From Somniosus microcephalus (lineage: Eukaryota), in assembly GCA_052327205.1 (NCBI GenBank), contig CM126207.1, positions 260,648,001 through 260,712,000 of the forward strand: DNA of 64,000 nucleotides, written 5' to 3'. A model generated the notes under the pieces. That model saw only the letters and a list, made by a program, of their open reading frames with translations, did not search any database and was not told the origin of the DNA. The number at the start of each line of letters is the position of its first letter. Position 1 is the first letter of the stretch. The position numbers and the translations under genes were made by a program. Below, piece by piece: positions 12,400 to 24,278 of the stretch.

Positions 12400-12710
12400 A
12401 AGTGCACGGCCCCCTAATCTCGCGCCGAACAATAAACAGGGTCAGGCAGGGTCCATTTCTCCCGACCTTCATTCAGCCCGGCATATTAATTATCTTCCTT
12501 GTGAACAAACAAGCTTTTCTTGATAATTACACAGCACACCAACAAAGCTGGGCTGACTTTTGAACTTCACTGACCCCTTGTCACTCCTCTAACCTCTGAC
12601 CCTGCCCTGCATGACCCCTCTTGGCAACCACCCAAAAATTAGTCATTAATCAAGTGCTGCTGACAGAACAAGGCCGGGGGCCAGGGTCTGAGTCAGAAAG
12701 CAGGTAAGAC
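12400..12710. promoter_or_regulatory. Candidate enhancer with nuclear-receptor DR1-like sites and a PBX-HOX-like site
   Basis: TGACTT-T-TGAACT 12554-12566, TAACCT-C-TGACCC 12590-12602, AGTCATTAATCA 12641-12652. Confidence 0.4.
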
Positions 12711-13284
12711 CTTTCCCCTCTGGCCTTATACCCCTCCCCCCCCCACCCCACCCCAGGTCATTCCTGAAGAAAATACCACATCATTTCAAATGGTATTTTC
12801 TTTCCCCCCCGATACAGTTGTTAAGTTTAATTTTCTCTGGGAAAGATCGGGGGCTGCATTAGCAGATCTCTGTCAGGGGGGCGAGCTGCAGAGGTGGGAG
12901 GATCAGCCTCTGTCACCCCAGCCGGAAGGGTGGGGTGGCGAAAACCAATCGGGCTCTCCGGCCCCCGATTTACCATCTTGCCGACACCTGCTGGAAAGTA
13001 AAGTGCGTCGGGCTGGGCCGTGATTCCTTAGCCGGTCCAACAGCCCGCTGACGCTCAGGCCTAGACTTTCTGACCGCTGTTAACGGAACAGCGTCGATGG
13101 CCCATTCGAAATAAACGAGGGCCACCGCTAGTGCTAAAATCACGCTGATCAGTAATCTGGGCACCACCCCCACCCCCACCCCCAATCCCTTGTCCAGGCT
13201 TGCATTTGAAAAATGGGCAAGGTGTCAAGAGCTTGGAGAACCGTGGCCCCAGCGTCAATGTTAGGAGAGAAGCAGGGAAAAGAA

Positions 13285-13456
13285 AGAAAAGAATGACTTG
13301 CATTTCTATAGCGCCTTTCACGACCACCGGACGTCTCAAAGCGTACTTTTTGAAGTGTAGTCACTATTGTAATGTGGGAAACGTGGCAGCCAATTTGCAC
13401 ACAGCAAGGTCCCATAAACAGCAACGTGATAATGACCAGATAATCTGTTTTTGTTA
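13285..13456 (-). mobile_element. Deu-SINE 3' half (5' half at 16664-16890), split by a CR1
   Basis: SINE sequence ...ataatctgtttttgtta|tgttggttgaggg is continuous across the CR1 insertion. Confidence 0.9.
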
Positions 13457-13578
13457 CATAGATACATAGATACATAGAGATAGGAACAGGAGTAGGCCAT
13501 TCGGCCCTTCGAGCCTGCTCCGCCATTCAATGAGATCATGGCTGATCTTCGTCTGAGATCATAGCTGATCTTACCAGT

Positions 13579-16484
13579 TCAGTACCCCGTCCCCGCCTTT
13601 TCTCCGTAACCCTTAATCCCCTTAGCCTTCAGAAATATATCCAATTCTCTCTTGAAAATATTTATTGAATTAGCCTTCACAGCCCTCTGTGGCAGGGAAT
13701 TCCATAGGCTCACCACTCTTTGAGTGAAGAAATTCTTCCTCATCTCTGTTTTAAATGATTTGCCCGCTATTTTTAGACTGTGGCCCCTGGTTCTGTGCTC
13801 CCCGGCCATTGGAAACATTCTCTCTGAATTCAGCCTGTCCAGGCCTGCCATAATTTTATATGTTTCGATGAGATCCCCTCTCAATCTTCTAAACTCCAGT
13901 GAGTACAAGCCCAAACTATTTAATCTCTCTTCGTAGGTCATTCCCGCCATTCCAGGTATCAGCCTGGTGAATCGCCGTTGCACTCTTTCCATGGCAAGAA
14001 CATCCTTCCGCAGATGGGGCGACCAAAACTGTACACAATACTCCAGATGCGGTCTCACCAGCACCTTGTACAGCTGTAGTAAGGTATCCCTATTCCTATA
14101 CTCGAACCCCCTTGATATGAAGGCCAACATACCATTTGCCTTCTTAATCGCCTGTTGCACCTGCATGCTCTCCTTCAGTGACTGGTGCACAAGAACACCC
14201 AGGTCCCTCTGCACTTCCCCATCTCCCAATCTATTGCCATTTAGATAATAATCTACCCTCCTGTTTTTACCCCCAAAGTGGATAACCTCGCATTTATCCA
14301 CATTATAGTGCATCTGCCACGTATCCGCCCATTCCCCCAACCTGTCCAAATCACACTGTAGCCTCCTGACATCCTCATCAGAGCCCACCCCTCCTCCTAG
14401 TTTAGTGTCGTCAGCGAATTTGGAAATATTGCATCCAATTCCCTGATCCAGATCATTTATATATATTGTGAACAGCTGGGGTCCCAGGACAGATCCTTGC
14501 GGCACCCCGCTGGTCACTGCCACTCCGAAAACGAGCCGTTTATTCCAACTCTCTGTTTTCTATCCGCCAGCCAGTTCTCTATCCACGTTAATACTTTGCC
14601 CCCAATCCCATGAGCCTTAATTTTGCATGATAATCTTTTGTGTGGAACCTTATCGAAGGCTTTCTGGAAGTCAAGGTACACCACATCCACTGGCTCTCCC
14701 CCATCTATTCTACCAGTTACCTCCTCAAAAAATTCCAGCAGATTAGTCAAACACGATTTACCCTTTGTAAATCCATGTTGACTCTGTCCGATCCTTTCCC
14801 CATTTGTCAAGTGCTCCGCTATTTTATCCTTAATAATGGACTCTAGCATTTTGCCCACAACCGATGTAAGGCTTACTGGTCTATAATTCCCTGCTTTCTC
14901 TCTACCCCCCTTTTTAAATATTGGGGTAACATTAGCTACCCTCCAATCCACGGGTACTGTTCCCGAGTCAATGGAGTTCCGGAAGATGATCCTTAGAGCA
15001 TCTGCTATCTCCAGGGCCACCTCCTTAAGTACCCTAGGATGTAGTTTATCAGGCCCTGGGGATTTGTCAGCCTTCAGTCCCCTCAACTTACCCAACACCA
15101 TATCCCTAGAGATACTAATTTCTGTCAGCTCCTCCCTCTCATTAGTCCCTATGTTTGCCGATATTCCTGGGAGGTTATTTGTGTCCTCCTTTGTGAATAC
15201 AGAACCAAAGTATGAGTTTAATTGGTCTGCCATTTCCTTATTCTCCATTATATATTCTCCCGAATCGGACTGCAAGGGACCGACTTGGGATTTTACCAGT
15301 CTTTTCCTCCTGATATACCGATAAAAGCTTTTGCAGTCTGTCTTTATGTTTGCTGCAAGTTTACTTTCGTATTCTATTTTCCCCTTCCTGATTAATCCCT
15401 TTGTCCTCTTTTGCTGTATCCTGTACTGCCCCCAATCTTCTGGTCTGGTGCTTTTTTTTGCCAGTTGATATGCCCTTTTTTTTGATTTTATGCTGTCCCT
15501 AATTTCCCTCGTTATCCACGGTTGAGTCACCTTTTTAGGTTTATTTTTATGCCAAACCGGTATAAACATGTTCTGGAATTCTTCCATTCTATCTTTGAAT
15601 GCTTGCCATTGTCTATCCACTGTCAATCCCCCCAGAAACACCACCCAATCAATCTTACCCAATTCCCGTCTCATACCCTCGTAATTCCCTTTATTTAAGT
15701 TCTGGACCTTAGTCTCTGATTCAATTTCCTCACTCTCCATCTCGACTGAGAGCTCGATCATATTATGATCGCTCTGACCCAAGGGGCCTCGTACAAGAAG
15801 ATTGCTGATAAGTCCCTTCTCATTGCACAATACCCAGTCTAAAATGGCCTGATCTCGAGTCGGCTCCTCGACATATTGGTCCAGATAACCGTCCCGAAAA
15901 CATTCCAGGAATTCCTCCTCCTCAGAATTTTTACTAATTTGGGTAGTCCAATCAATATGTAAATTAAAGTCACCCATGATGACAGCTGTGCTCTTATCGC
16001 ACGCTTCTCTAATTTCCCTTTTTATGCCTTCCCTCACCTCCATATTACTATTTGGAGGCCTATATATCACACCCACTAACGTTTTCCTCCCCTTGCTATT
16101 TCTCATTTCTACCCATACAGATTCCGTTTCATCCGAGTTAATATCCTTCCTTTCCATTGCATTAATCCCCTCCTTTACCAGCAATGCTACCCCACCTCCC
16201 CTACCTTTTTGCCGATCCTTCCTAAATATTGTATATCCCTGGATGTTAAGTTCCCAGCCTTGCCCACCCTGCAGCCACGTTTCTGTAATCCCAATCAAAT
16301 CATACTTGTTTACCTCTATTTCCACAACTAATTCATCCACCTTGTTCCTAATGCTTCTAGCATTAAGATACAAAGCCTTCAGGCTTGCTTTTTTCACACT
16401 CTCATTATGAATTAGTTTGGCCCTTTGTGTTTCTCTCCTTTGCTTATTGCTTCTCACCTTTCTACCATCTATTTCTGACTTCAT
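13579..16484 (-). pseudogene. CR1 ORF2 (APE endonuclease + reverse transcriptase), one frameshift at ~14516
   Basis: APE motifs NARS, ITETW, IYRPP, MGDFN, SDH; RT motifs NYRPVSL, DFQKAFD, GVPQGSVLGP, FADD. The two ORFs (656 and 314 aa) join if GCAG is restored (TGGCAG[GCAG]TGACC = WQAVT). Confidence 0.95.
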
Positions 16485-16531
16485 ATGACTTCCCTCTTTT
16501 CCACTACCTAGGTTCCCATCCCCCTGCCAAA

Positions 16532-16663
16532 TTAGTTTAAATCCTCCCGAACCGCCCTAGAAAATATTACCCCGAGGACATCGGCTCCCTCACAGTTCAG
16601 GTGTAGACCGTCCCCTTGGTACAGGTCACTCCTCCCCAAGAACTGGTTCCAATGCCTCAGGAA
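16532..16663 (-). pseudogene. CR1 ORF1 C-terminal remnant (SGNH/GDSL esterase-like)
   Basis: My translation FLRHWNQFLGRSDLYQGDGLHLNCEGADVLG...DLN* contains the DGLHLN esterase motif known from CR1 ORF1. Confidence 0.85.
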
Positions 16664-16890
16664 TTTTGTTATGTTGGTTGAGGGATAAATATTGGCCAGG
16701 ACACCGGGGATAACTCCCCCTGCTCTTCAAAATAGTGCCGCGGGATCTTTTACGTCCACCCGAGAGGGCAGACGGGGGCCTCGGTTTAACGTCTCATCCG
16801 AAAGACGGCACCTCTGACAGTGCAGCACTCCCTCCGCACTGCACTGGAGTGTCAGCCTAGCTTTATGTGCTCAAGTCCCTGGAGTGGGGC
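16664..16890 (-). mobile_element. Deu-SINE 5' half
   Basis: Deu core and the gtgcagcactccctc...ctggagtgggg head region. Confidence 0.9.
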
Positions 16891-19103
16891 TAGAGACAGA
16901 AATAAATGGGATTAAAAATCATTCCTCTGGCCAAGGCTCTGGTTATACTTGCTCCGAACTTTCTGATGACTGAGGGGTTAAAATTCCAATGTCCCCCAGG
17001 ATCTGCACATTGGGAATTTGGACCCCTAATCTGTACCCCAATAAGTTAGGATCAGGTGAGAATAGACACTTCAGACAATGCTACACCCCCTAACAGCAGG
17101 CTGTGACTGTGTTTTGATTTCCACCCACATGTATAATAACTACTATCAATGCTGTGTTCCTCTATTATAATTAAACACTTCTTACTGTATTCTGAAGCTG
17201 TGTGACCCCACTCTCACTCTACTGTGGAAAATAACTACTCCATGAAAATTTGCTGTTTCAGGAAAAGACAGAATTTTAAACCTATTTTGAGGTTTTCTTT
17301 CCTGAGATAATGGAACTTGAAGTTCTGTTGCATTAGGTTTCCAAGTGCAGTTATACTGCTGATTGTGACTGCACCCAGGATAGGGTGAGCATCGATGGGC
17401 CTGAGGGCCTTTCCTCGTCTTTCTTGTGGTACGGTCATACCACGCGAAGACCGGCTCAACTTCGAGCGGGCGGTGGTCACACCCGACCAGAGTGAAGACT
17501 GCTGCTTACAGGCTCGACGTTCTCTGCTCTTCGGAAGCTGCCTCTGAGCCACTCTCTGTCCACACGCTCCCGAGGTCGGAGGGATGAGGACCTCCTGTTT
17601 GCGTGCGCGGGTACACTCCAGGGCACACGACGTCAGGACGCAGCGTGTTCAACACATGTCCTGCCGTATACCCAAACCGGACCGGACTCGAAACTCCAGC
17701 CTGAAAGTCTTAGCTGGCAGTGGGGGGGGGTGGCGGTGGTTCTGTCCTTCTTCTGAAGTTTGGAAACTGCCTCACAACAGCAAAAAAAGTGACAGTATAA
17801 CTACACCCGAATGCTGGGACACAGCTCCACAGACTCTTAGTACCTCAGCCGAGGGGGTAATTTGTCATCCATGCATTTCTGAAGAAACGATCAGAGGTCA
17901 TTGTGAGAAGGTCGGTTGATGCGACCGATCTATGAAAAGGGGATGGGCTTGTTTGGTTTAATGGGTTTTTGCTGTCCCTTCAGCTCCCAACAATAAAACA
18001 ATGGGATTATCAGTATGCTAACTGGCCAGAAACAAATAGAATCTACCCCAGCCCACATGTCCTTTGTAGATAAGGTGAAGTACATAATGTAAATGAGTAG
18101 CGCTGTAAAGGTCATCTGTTGGTTGCCATCCTCCTCAACAGCCCTTTTTAGCCAAGAACCTGCTTTGATGCTCACTTGTCAGAAGGTGATTCACCAGACA
18201 CAAAGCAACACCTGTCATAATGGGTCATTCGTGCCTCACAGCCACCTGCCATTACCAGACCCCCTTTGACCTCCGCGCAGACACTTTTCTCAGTGTCAAG
18301 AAATTAATGCAGTTTGGATTCAGTGTTCACTGTCAACGGCCATATGGCTGCTGGTCACTCGTTAGGAGGCTTCTGTGCGGGTGTCAAATAAAGAGAGAGA
18401 AAGATGGCCAATAACCCGACCAGTTAGCAGAATGTGGCAGAGGCAAACAAGAATCCTTTAGGGAAGCTGTGGAGTCGTATCTCGCGTGTCACAAAATACC
18501 TCAGGAGGAGAGGGGAGGCAACTGCACGGGTCAGGGAAGCAAGTGTCTCATTTAAAAAATGATGGCACATTACTGCACCAAGAGAGGCTGAGAGCCAAAA
18601 CCACCAAACCAGAAGATGCATATTATGGTGTCAACTCACCACCCAACATCACTATTACATGGCACAAGATCAAAGGCTCTTGCGATTGGCCATCCTAAGG
18701 GTGGGGTCCTGCTCCTTTACGCGCTCTTATTTCACCCTTCTGTTCCTTTTAAACATTTTTGATTCAACCGCGAGTGGCAATTATTGAGGGGGAAGCAACT
18801 AGGAGGAGTTGGAAAGTCCAGTAATGGGAGGGAACAGGACTACCAGTCTTTAACGTAGGGCACTTCAGTGATTGTCACGGAGGTTGTGTATGTTGAATCT
18901 GCTCTTTCAGACACAGTGATACACCCATATCCGATTCCAGTGAGGTCATTCAACACTCAACATCTCTCTGTATCGATAACATATTGAAAGTTTTGCATGT
19001 AGCATGCACTTCCTGCAACACTTTCCGGTCACAAGCTACTGAACAGTGTATCCTCCCACTCGCCATGAGCTATGCCACAGGAGATCTGCTCATAAGATAT
19101 TAA

Positions 19104-19740
19104 GGGGGGAAATTTGGCTCGCGCCTCCTTTGGGCGATAACTTCGCCGGGGCGCTAAAAGTTAGCACCCCCGTGCCCGAAATTGAATGGTAGTGCCCCAA
19201 GCAGGAGGCGGGGCTACTGAAGTGCTCCCCCTCCCTCTTGGGGCACTGCCATTGAATATCGCAGCATTACGTGCAACAGCGGCACATCGCCATGTAGCGC
19301 AGCGGTACTGCAGGCCTCCCTCCCCTGATTAAAGGGGAGGGGCCGAGCGCAGCGCGCACCGGGGCCCTGCTGGGCCACGGGGGAACTGGGTGCCGGCAAA
19401 AGATCGCGGCCATTACCCTGCAGGAGGAGACCTGGGGGGGTGGGGGGGGGGCAGGGCCGCCCGGCACCTGCCCTTTAATTATCGCCGCCCCGACCGCAAA
19501 AAATGCCACCCTGACCCTGTCGAACATAGCATCCGGCAGTAGGTCAGGGGGCGCGAGCCAAGCTTGCGGCCGAGGCGCTGCGCACGGCAATGATGTCATC
19601 GCCGCGAGGCGCTACCAGCTACCACCGCCGCTAACCTCCTGCTGAATTTCGGGAGGCTTAGCGGCACCGTGCCTGGGCACTAGTTGCTTTGTGTCGCACG
19701 GCGCGCTAACGGGAGGCGCAAAGCAACCACATTTCCCCCC
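19104..19740. mobile_element. GC/CpG-rich MITE (PIF/Harbinger-like TIRs)
   Basis: GGGGGGAAAT...GCGCCTCC vs GGAGGCGC...ATTTCCCCCC; flanks TAA/ATA; abrupt composition shift. Confidence 0.75.
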
Positions 19741-20399
19741 ATAAAAGTCCTGCCCTTCACACACTTCTTGTAAAGTGTAAGACTTTTGTCACACTTTTCA
19801 CTCAGCGCAGTCAAATATATTCCACATATCCCTATATTTATCCTAATCTACCCAAATTTCTTTTATTTACCTCTGATTGGCTAACAGCCCTGAACCGCAA
19901 CAGATCAAGTTGTTTAAAGCAAACTAAAAGCCACTGAGTGGCTCCAAGCCAGTTAAATTATAGGAAAGTTTAAACTTTTTAAAACAATGCTTCCTACGAT
20001 TAGAATGGTTCACACTTTCTACCTCCTGCCCTTGGCTTTCATTCTTGCAGATGCAAAACTGTCTCAAAATGATGTGCGTTTCAGCTCCTTCTCTCCAAAG
20101 AACATGCGATCGAGCATCCCCAACGTGTTAATTCACGTATGAGTCAAACACAACACGGCCTTGACCCGCAGCCTCACCTATAACTGACTCCAGCATTCCT
20201 TTCAAAAATGCAGGAGCTTAAAGAGACACCTACATTTTATTTCACATGATACGATGTTCCTTCCCCTACAACACAGTACCATCATCTTTACCACGAAAAG
20301 AACCACAGGAAATCCATTAGCGTGTGTGAAAGTATTGAGACACGTACCTCACACTCCAGGTATCACAAATACAAGTGTCACGTTTAAAAAAAAATTTAT

Positions 20400-20960
20400 A
20401 AACAACTTACATTTATATAGCGCCTTTAACGTAGTAAAATGCCTGTTTCACAGGAGCGTTATCAAACAAAATCTGACAACGAGCCACATAAGGACAGATG
20501 ACCAAAAGCTTGGTTTTAAAGGAGCATCTTAAAGGAGGAGTGAGGGGTAGAGAGGTGGAAAGGTTTAGGGAAGGATTTCCAAATTTTAGGGCCGAGGCAG
20601 CTGTAGGCACGGCCGCCAATGGTGCAGCGATGAAAATTGGGGATGTGCAAGAGGCCAGAATTGGAGGAACGCAGAGATCTTGGAGGGTAATAGGACTGGA
20701 GGAGGTTACAGAGATAGGGAGGGGCGAGGCCATGGAGGGATTTGAAACCAAGGATGAGAATTTTAAAATCGAGGCGTCGTCGGACCAGGATTTAATGTGG
20801 GTCAGCGAGCACAGTGGTGATGGTTGAACGGGACTTGGTGCGGGTTAGGACACGGGCAGCAGAGTTATGGATGAGTTCAAGTTTATGGAGGGTGGAAGAC
20901 TGGAGGCTGGCCAGGAGAGCGTTGAAACAGTCAAGTCCTGAGGTAACAAAGGTACGGATG
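20400..20960 (-). mobile_element. L2 LINE 3' fragment
   Basis: SGLDCFNALLA...KLELIHNSAARVLTRTKSRSTIT; tail aaggcgctatataaat. Confidence 0.9.
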
Positions 20961-21249
20961 TGAGAAAGAAAGCCAGTCATTTCCTGATGGTTTCGTCTGG
21001 CATTGGTGAGGAGCAAGGTCCTTACAAGAGTCTGCCAATCTACAGAGAAAATTGCCCCCAGCAAGCAGAAAGTACACTCTAGTTCACTTCAGATCTATCC
21101 AAGAGCAATTAGCCTTTAATTAACCTTACAGAGTGTCCCTGGGTTACACAATTAGACCTCATGACCTCAAGGGAGCACAGCTCCAGTGTAATAATAGAAT
21201 AATACGTTATTTGTTACACAGTATAATGCTCCCGTCTTTATAAACAGTG

Positions 21250-21835
21250 CATCATCTACTCCTGGCTGGCCTCCCACGTTGTACCCTACGTAAATTTGAG
21301 GTCATCCAAAACTTGCCGAACCTAACTCGCACCAAGTCCCGTTCACCCCTCACCCCAGTGCTCGCTGACCTACATTGTCTCCCGGTTAAGCAGTGCCTCG
21401 ATTTCAAAATTCTCATCCTTGTTTTCAATCCCTCCACGGCCTCGCCCCCTCCCTATCTCTGTAATCTCCTTCAGCCCCAGAACCACAACCACCCCCCCTG
21501 CCCCCCACCCCCCGAGATATCTGCGCTCCTCTAATTCTGCCCTCTTGAGCATCCCTGATTATAATCGCTCAACCATTGATGGCCGCGCCTTCAGCTGCCT
21601 AGGCCCTGAGCTCTGGAATTCCCTGCCTAAAGCTTTCCGCCTCTCTACCATTCTTTCCTCCTTTAAGACGCTCCTTAAAACCTACATCTTTGGCCAAGCT
21701 TTTGGTCATCTGCCCTAACATCTCCTTATATGGCTTGGTGTCAATTTTTTTTGTCTTATAATACTCCTGTGAAGCGCCTTGGGATGTTTAAGTATGTTAA
21801 AGGCGCTATATAGATACAGGTTGTTGCTGTTGTTT
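21250..21835 (+). mobile_element. L2 LINE 3' fragment
   Basis: LLAGLP...LTRTKSRSPLTPVLADLH...GRAFSCLGPELWNSLP. Confidence 0.9.
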
Positions 21836-22242
21836 CCTGTGAGCAAAGACACAGAAGATCCACTAGTTTAAACAAAATTCTTTCCCCTGTCCCTTCCAGG
21901 AAAACACACTAGAAAAATGGCTGGGGTGGGGGGGGGGGAGGAATAAAATCTCATTCGAGAGACCATAACACTTTGTAGGCATCTGATCTTAGAAACTCCC
22001 CCAAGGGCTGAGGATGTAGCTGGACTGCCCAATGTGGCGCTGAATACTGGAGATCGAGATGGCCCCGGTGATCAATCCCCAGTTGGCGGATCTCACAGCT
22101 GGGGTGGCGTCGGGGGACTTCTACAATTGGCCCCAGGGCCGCTGAGCCAGGGAGGGCGGGGGAAAGTAGCCAGCGATCCTGCACCTGGCTGCGACCCAGT
22201 GCTGCAAAGTACAGGGATGTCAGGCGAGAAGAGGGTCAAGCC

Positions 22243-23144
22243 TAGGGTCGCCAACTCTGGTTGGGCGTATTCCTAGAGGTTTTGTCACATGACCTCCCAC
22301 CACCCCGCCCCCCCTCACGCTCCCGCCATTGGTCGCCCGACATGTCCATCCTCATGGCGCACCACCTTCCCATGCCAATCGGAAAGCAAACAGGCTCTTA
22401 ATTAATTCAATTTCAATTCAATTCAATTTTATTTGTCATATATGCAGCAAACGTGTGTACTGCACAATGAGATGTTGATTTTTACGAGTCCTCCCAACAT
22501 TGGAATAAATATGGCATAGCAATGATAAAAATACTAATAGAAATACAGTAATAGTAAGTAAAACAGTAATAAATAATAATAAATTATTCGTTCATGAGTC
22601 TTATGGCCTGGGGGTAGAAGCTGTTTCGAAACCTACTGGTACGAGATCGTATGCTTCGGTATCTCTTACCGGACGGGAGCAGGGCGAAGAGGTTGTGGCT
22701 GGGGTGGCTCGCGTCTTTGATGATTCTCAGGGCCTTCCCCCCGGCACCTCTCGGGGTAGATATCCTGCACAGCAGGTAGTTTAATTCCTATAGTATGTTG
22801 TGCAGCTTTCACCACCATCTGTAGAGCCTTGCAGTCTGTGGCGGTGCAGTTGCCATACCAGGTAGTGATGCAGCCGGACAGGATACTCTCGATGGTGCAC
22901 CAGTAGAAGTTGGTAAGAATCTGGGGGGCCATTACCTGATTGGATGATGCTTGCCTGTCAAAACAGCCTTTTTAACTGGTCTCCAATATTTTTTATAAAT
23001 AAATAAATACATTAAAAAAAATCTCAACATTTTATTTTTTAATGCACCTATGATTTTTCTCCCAGGTTACTTGTAGCAGTGTCCTGGAGATTAATCTTCA
23101 ACGCCTGGAGACTCCAGGGCAATCCTGGAGGGTTGGTGACCCTG
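22243..23144. mobile_element. hAT-type MITE carrying a nested Rex1 fragment
   Basis: TIRs TAGGGTCGCCAAC / GTTGGTGACCCTG; 8-bp TSD gtcaagcc (22235-22242) vs atcaagcc (23145-23152). Confidence 0.85.
22405..22930 (-). mobile_element. Rex1/Babar LINE 3' fragment
   Basis: ILTNFYWCTIESILSGCITTWYGNC...LQMVVKAAQ is a Rex1-type C-terminus; (TTGAA)n tail; possible ATTA TSD. Confidence 0.88.
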
Positions 23145-23299
23145 ATCAAGCCTATAACAGGCGAATAGCCTCGAGCACTCATGCTTTACAGGTGCCTGGC
23201 CACTTGGACAAGGCACCAAAAAGCAGCCGGCGCCTGTGGAACATTACCCCCCCAGCCTTAGACAGTATCTTCAGGGAAACGGGGAAGTAATATTGGGTT

Positions 23300-23660
23300 G
23301 AAGAGCAGGGGGCGTTATCCCCGGTGTCCTGGGCCAATATTTATCCCTCAACCAACATCACTTAAAACAAGATGATCTGGTCACGATCACATTGCGGTTT
23401 GTGGGAGCTTGCTGTGCACAGATTGGCTGCCGGGGTTCCGACGTTGCAACAGCGACCACACTTCAGAAAGCTGCGGAGGTCGTGATGGGCACTATATAAA
23501 TGTCTTGACGAAGGGTTTCGACCTGAAACGTTGACTCTATTTCTCTCTCCACGGATGTTGCCTGGCCTGCTGAGTTTTTCCAGCATTTTCTGTTGTTATT
23601 TCGGATTCCCAGCATCCGCAGTATTTTGCTATCATATAAATGTAAGTTCCTCTTTCCTTT
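23300..23660 (+). mobile_element. Deu-SINE 3' part with a Penelope-like insertion in its tail
   Basis: gaagagcaggggg...tgtcctgggccaatatttatccctc core; the tail is split at ATATAAATGT. Confidence 0.85.
23504..23633 (+). mobile_element. 130-bp Penelope-like terminal fragment starting at the hammerhead motif
   Basis: TSD ATATAAATGT at 23494-23503 and 23634-23643; TTGACGA-A-GGGT-TTCG-ACCT-GAAAC-GTT. Confidence 0.8.
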
Positions 23661-23689
23661 CTGACTGGGGCGGAGGGAGTGGTGGAGAC

Positions 23690-23921
23690 TGTTAAGTCTG
23701 TGTGTTCTAGTTATTGTTAATAAGAATCACTGCACACAGACCACAAGAGTAAATTCAACAGGTCTTTACTAGTCGGAGGTCAGGCTGAACTGCCCAATAA
23801 ATTACACAGCACTTATATGCCAGTGTGGTCACCACCGGTATTACAGTATACAGCAGCCAAGATAAAGTAGTGCATCTCTTAAAATAGTTCTCTTAAAGGT
23901 GGAACGGTTACATACACCACA
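23690..23921 (-). repeat. 3' LTR (232 bp)
   Basis: Direct repeat of 28721-28955, adjacent to the PPT. Confidence 0.97.
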
Positions 23922-24005
23922 ATCCTCCCTTTTTAGCTTAACAGTATATATTCCCCATTAAACATAACATAATAACATATATACACAACTTCATGTAAAA
24001 ACAGT

Positions 24006-24278
24006 TCACAGATTGAGTCTCTGAGGAGGCCTCCTGATCCGAGACGGATAACGCCTTTCAGGGGTCTCTGGTTCTCGTTGCTGGGGTGACTCATCTATTT
24101 GATCCCCTATGGATAGGACATCATCATCAGGTATATTCACTTCTGAGGTAGATGCTTCAGGTTCACTAACTTCCTCCACGGTTGTCTCTGTCGTAACCAT
24201 GGGCTCGACCCTTGTTCTCGATCCCACCAGTTGGTCAGCATGACGTCGCAATACATTTTCACCAACATCTACCGTGTA
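24006..24278 (-). pseudogene. Frameshifted integrase C-terminal tail of gag-pol
   Basis: YTVDVGENVLRRHADQL...RRYPSRIRRPPQRLNL continues gag-pol if the 8-bp duplication ACCGTGTA (24271-24286) is collapsed. Confidence 0.9.

Larger units (their letters stand above)
13457..16663 (-). mobile_element. Young CR1 LINE, 5'-truncated within ORF1, with TSD
   Basis: (TATCTATG)n tail 13457-13480; TSD TTTTGTTA at 13449-13456 and 16664-16671; ORF2 is essentially complete. Confidence 0.97.

Noticed and set aside
17400-17710. CpG-rich stretch as a terminal exon or 5S rRNA-like sequence
   Set aside because: Weak acceptor context and an unrecognised peptide; the 5S resemblance is limited to ~12 nt (tacggtcatacca).
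23501-23536. Helix I covariation (GTC/GAC) in the 23504 hammerhead
   Set aside because: The upstream strand comes partly from the target-site duplication, so it is not valid evidence of compensatory change.
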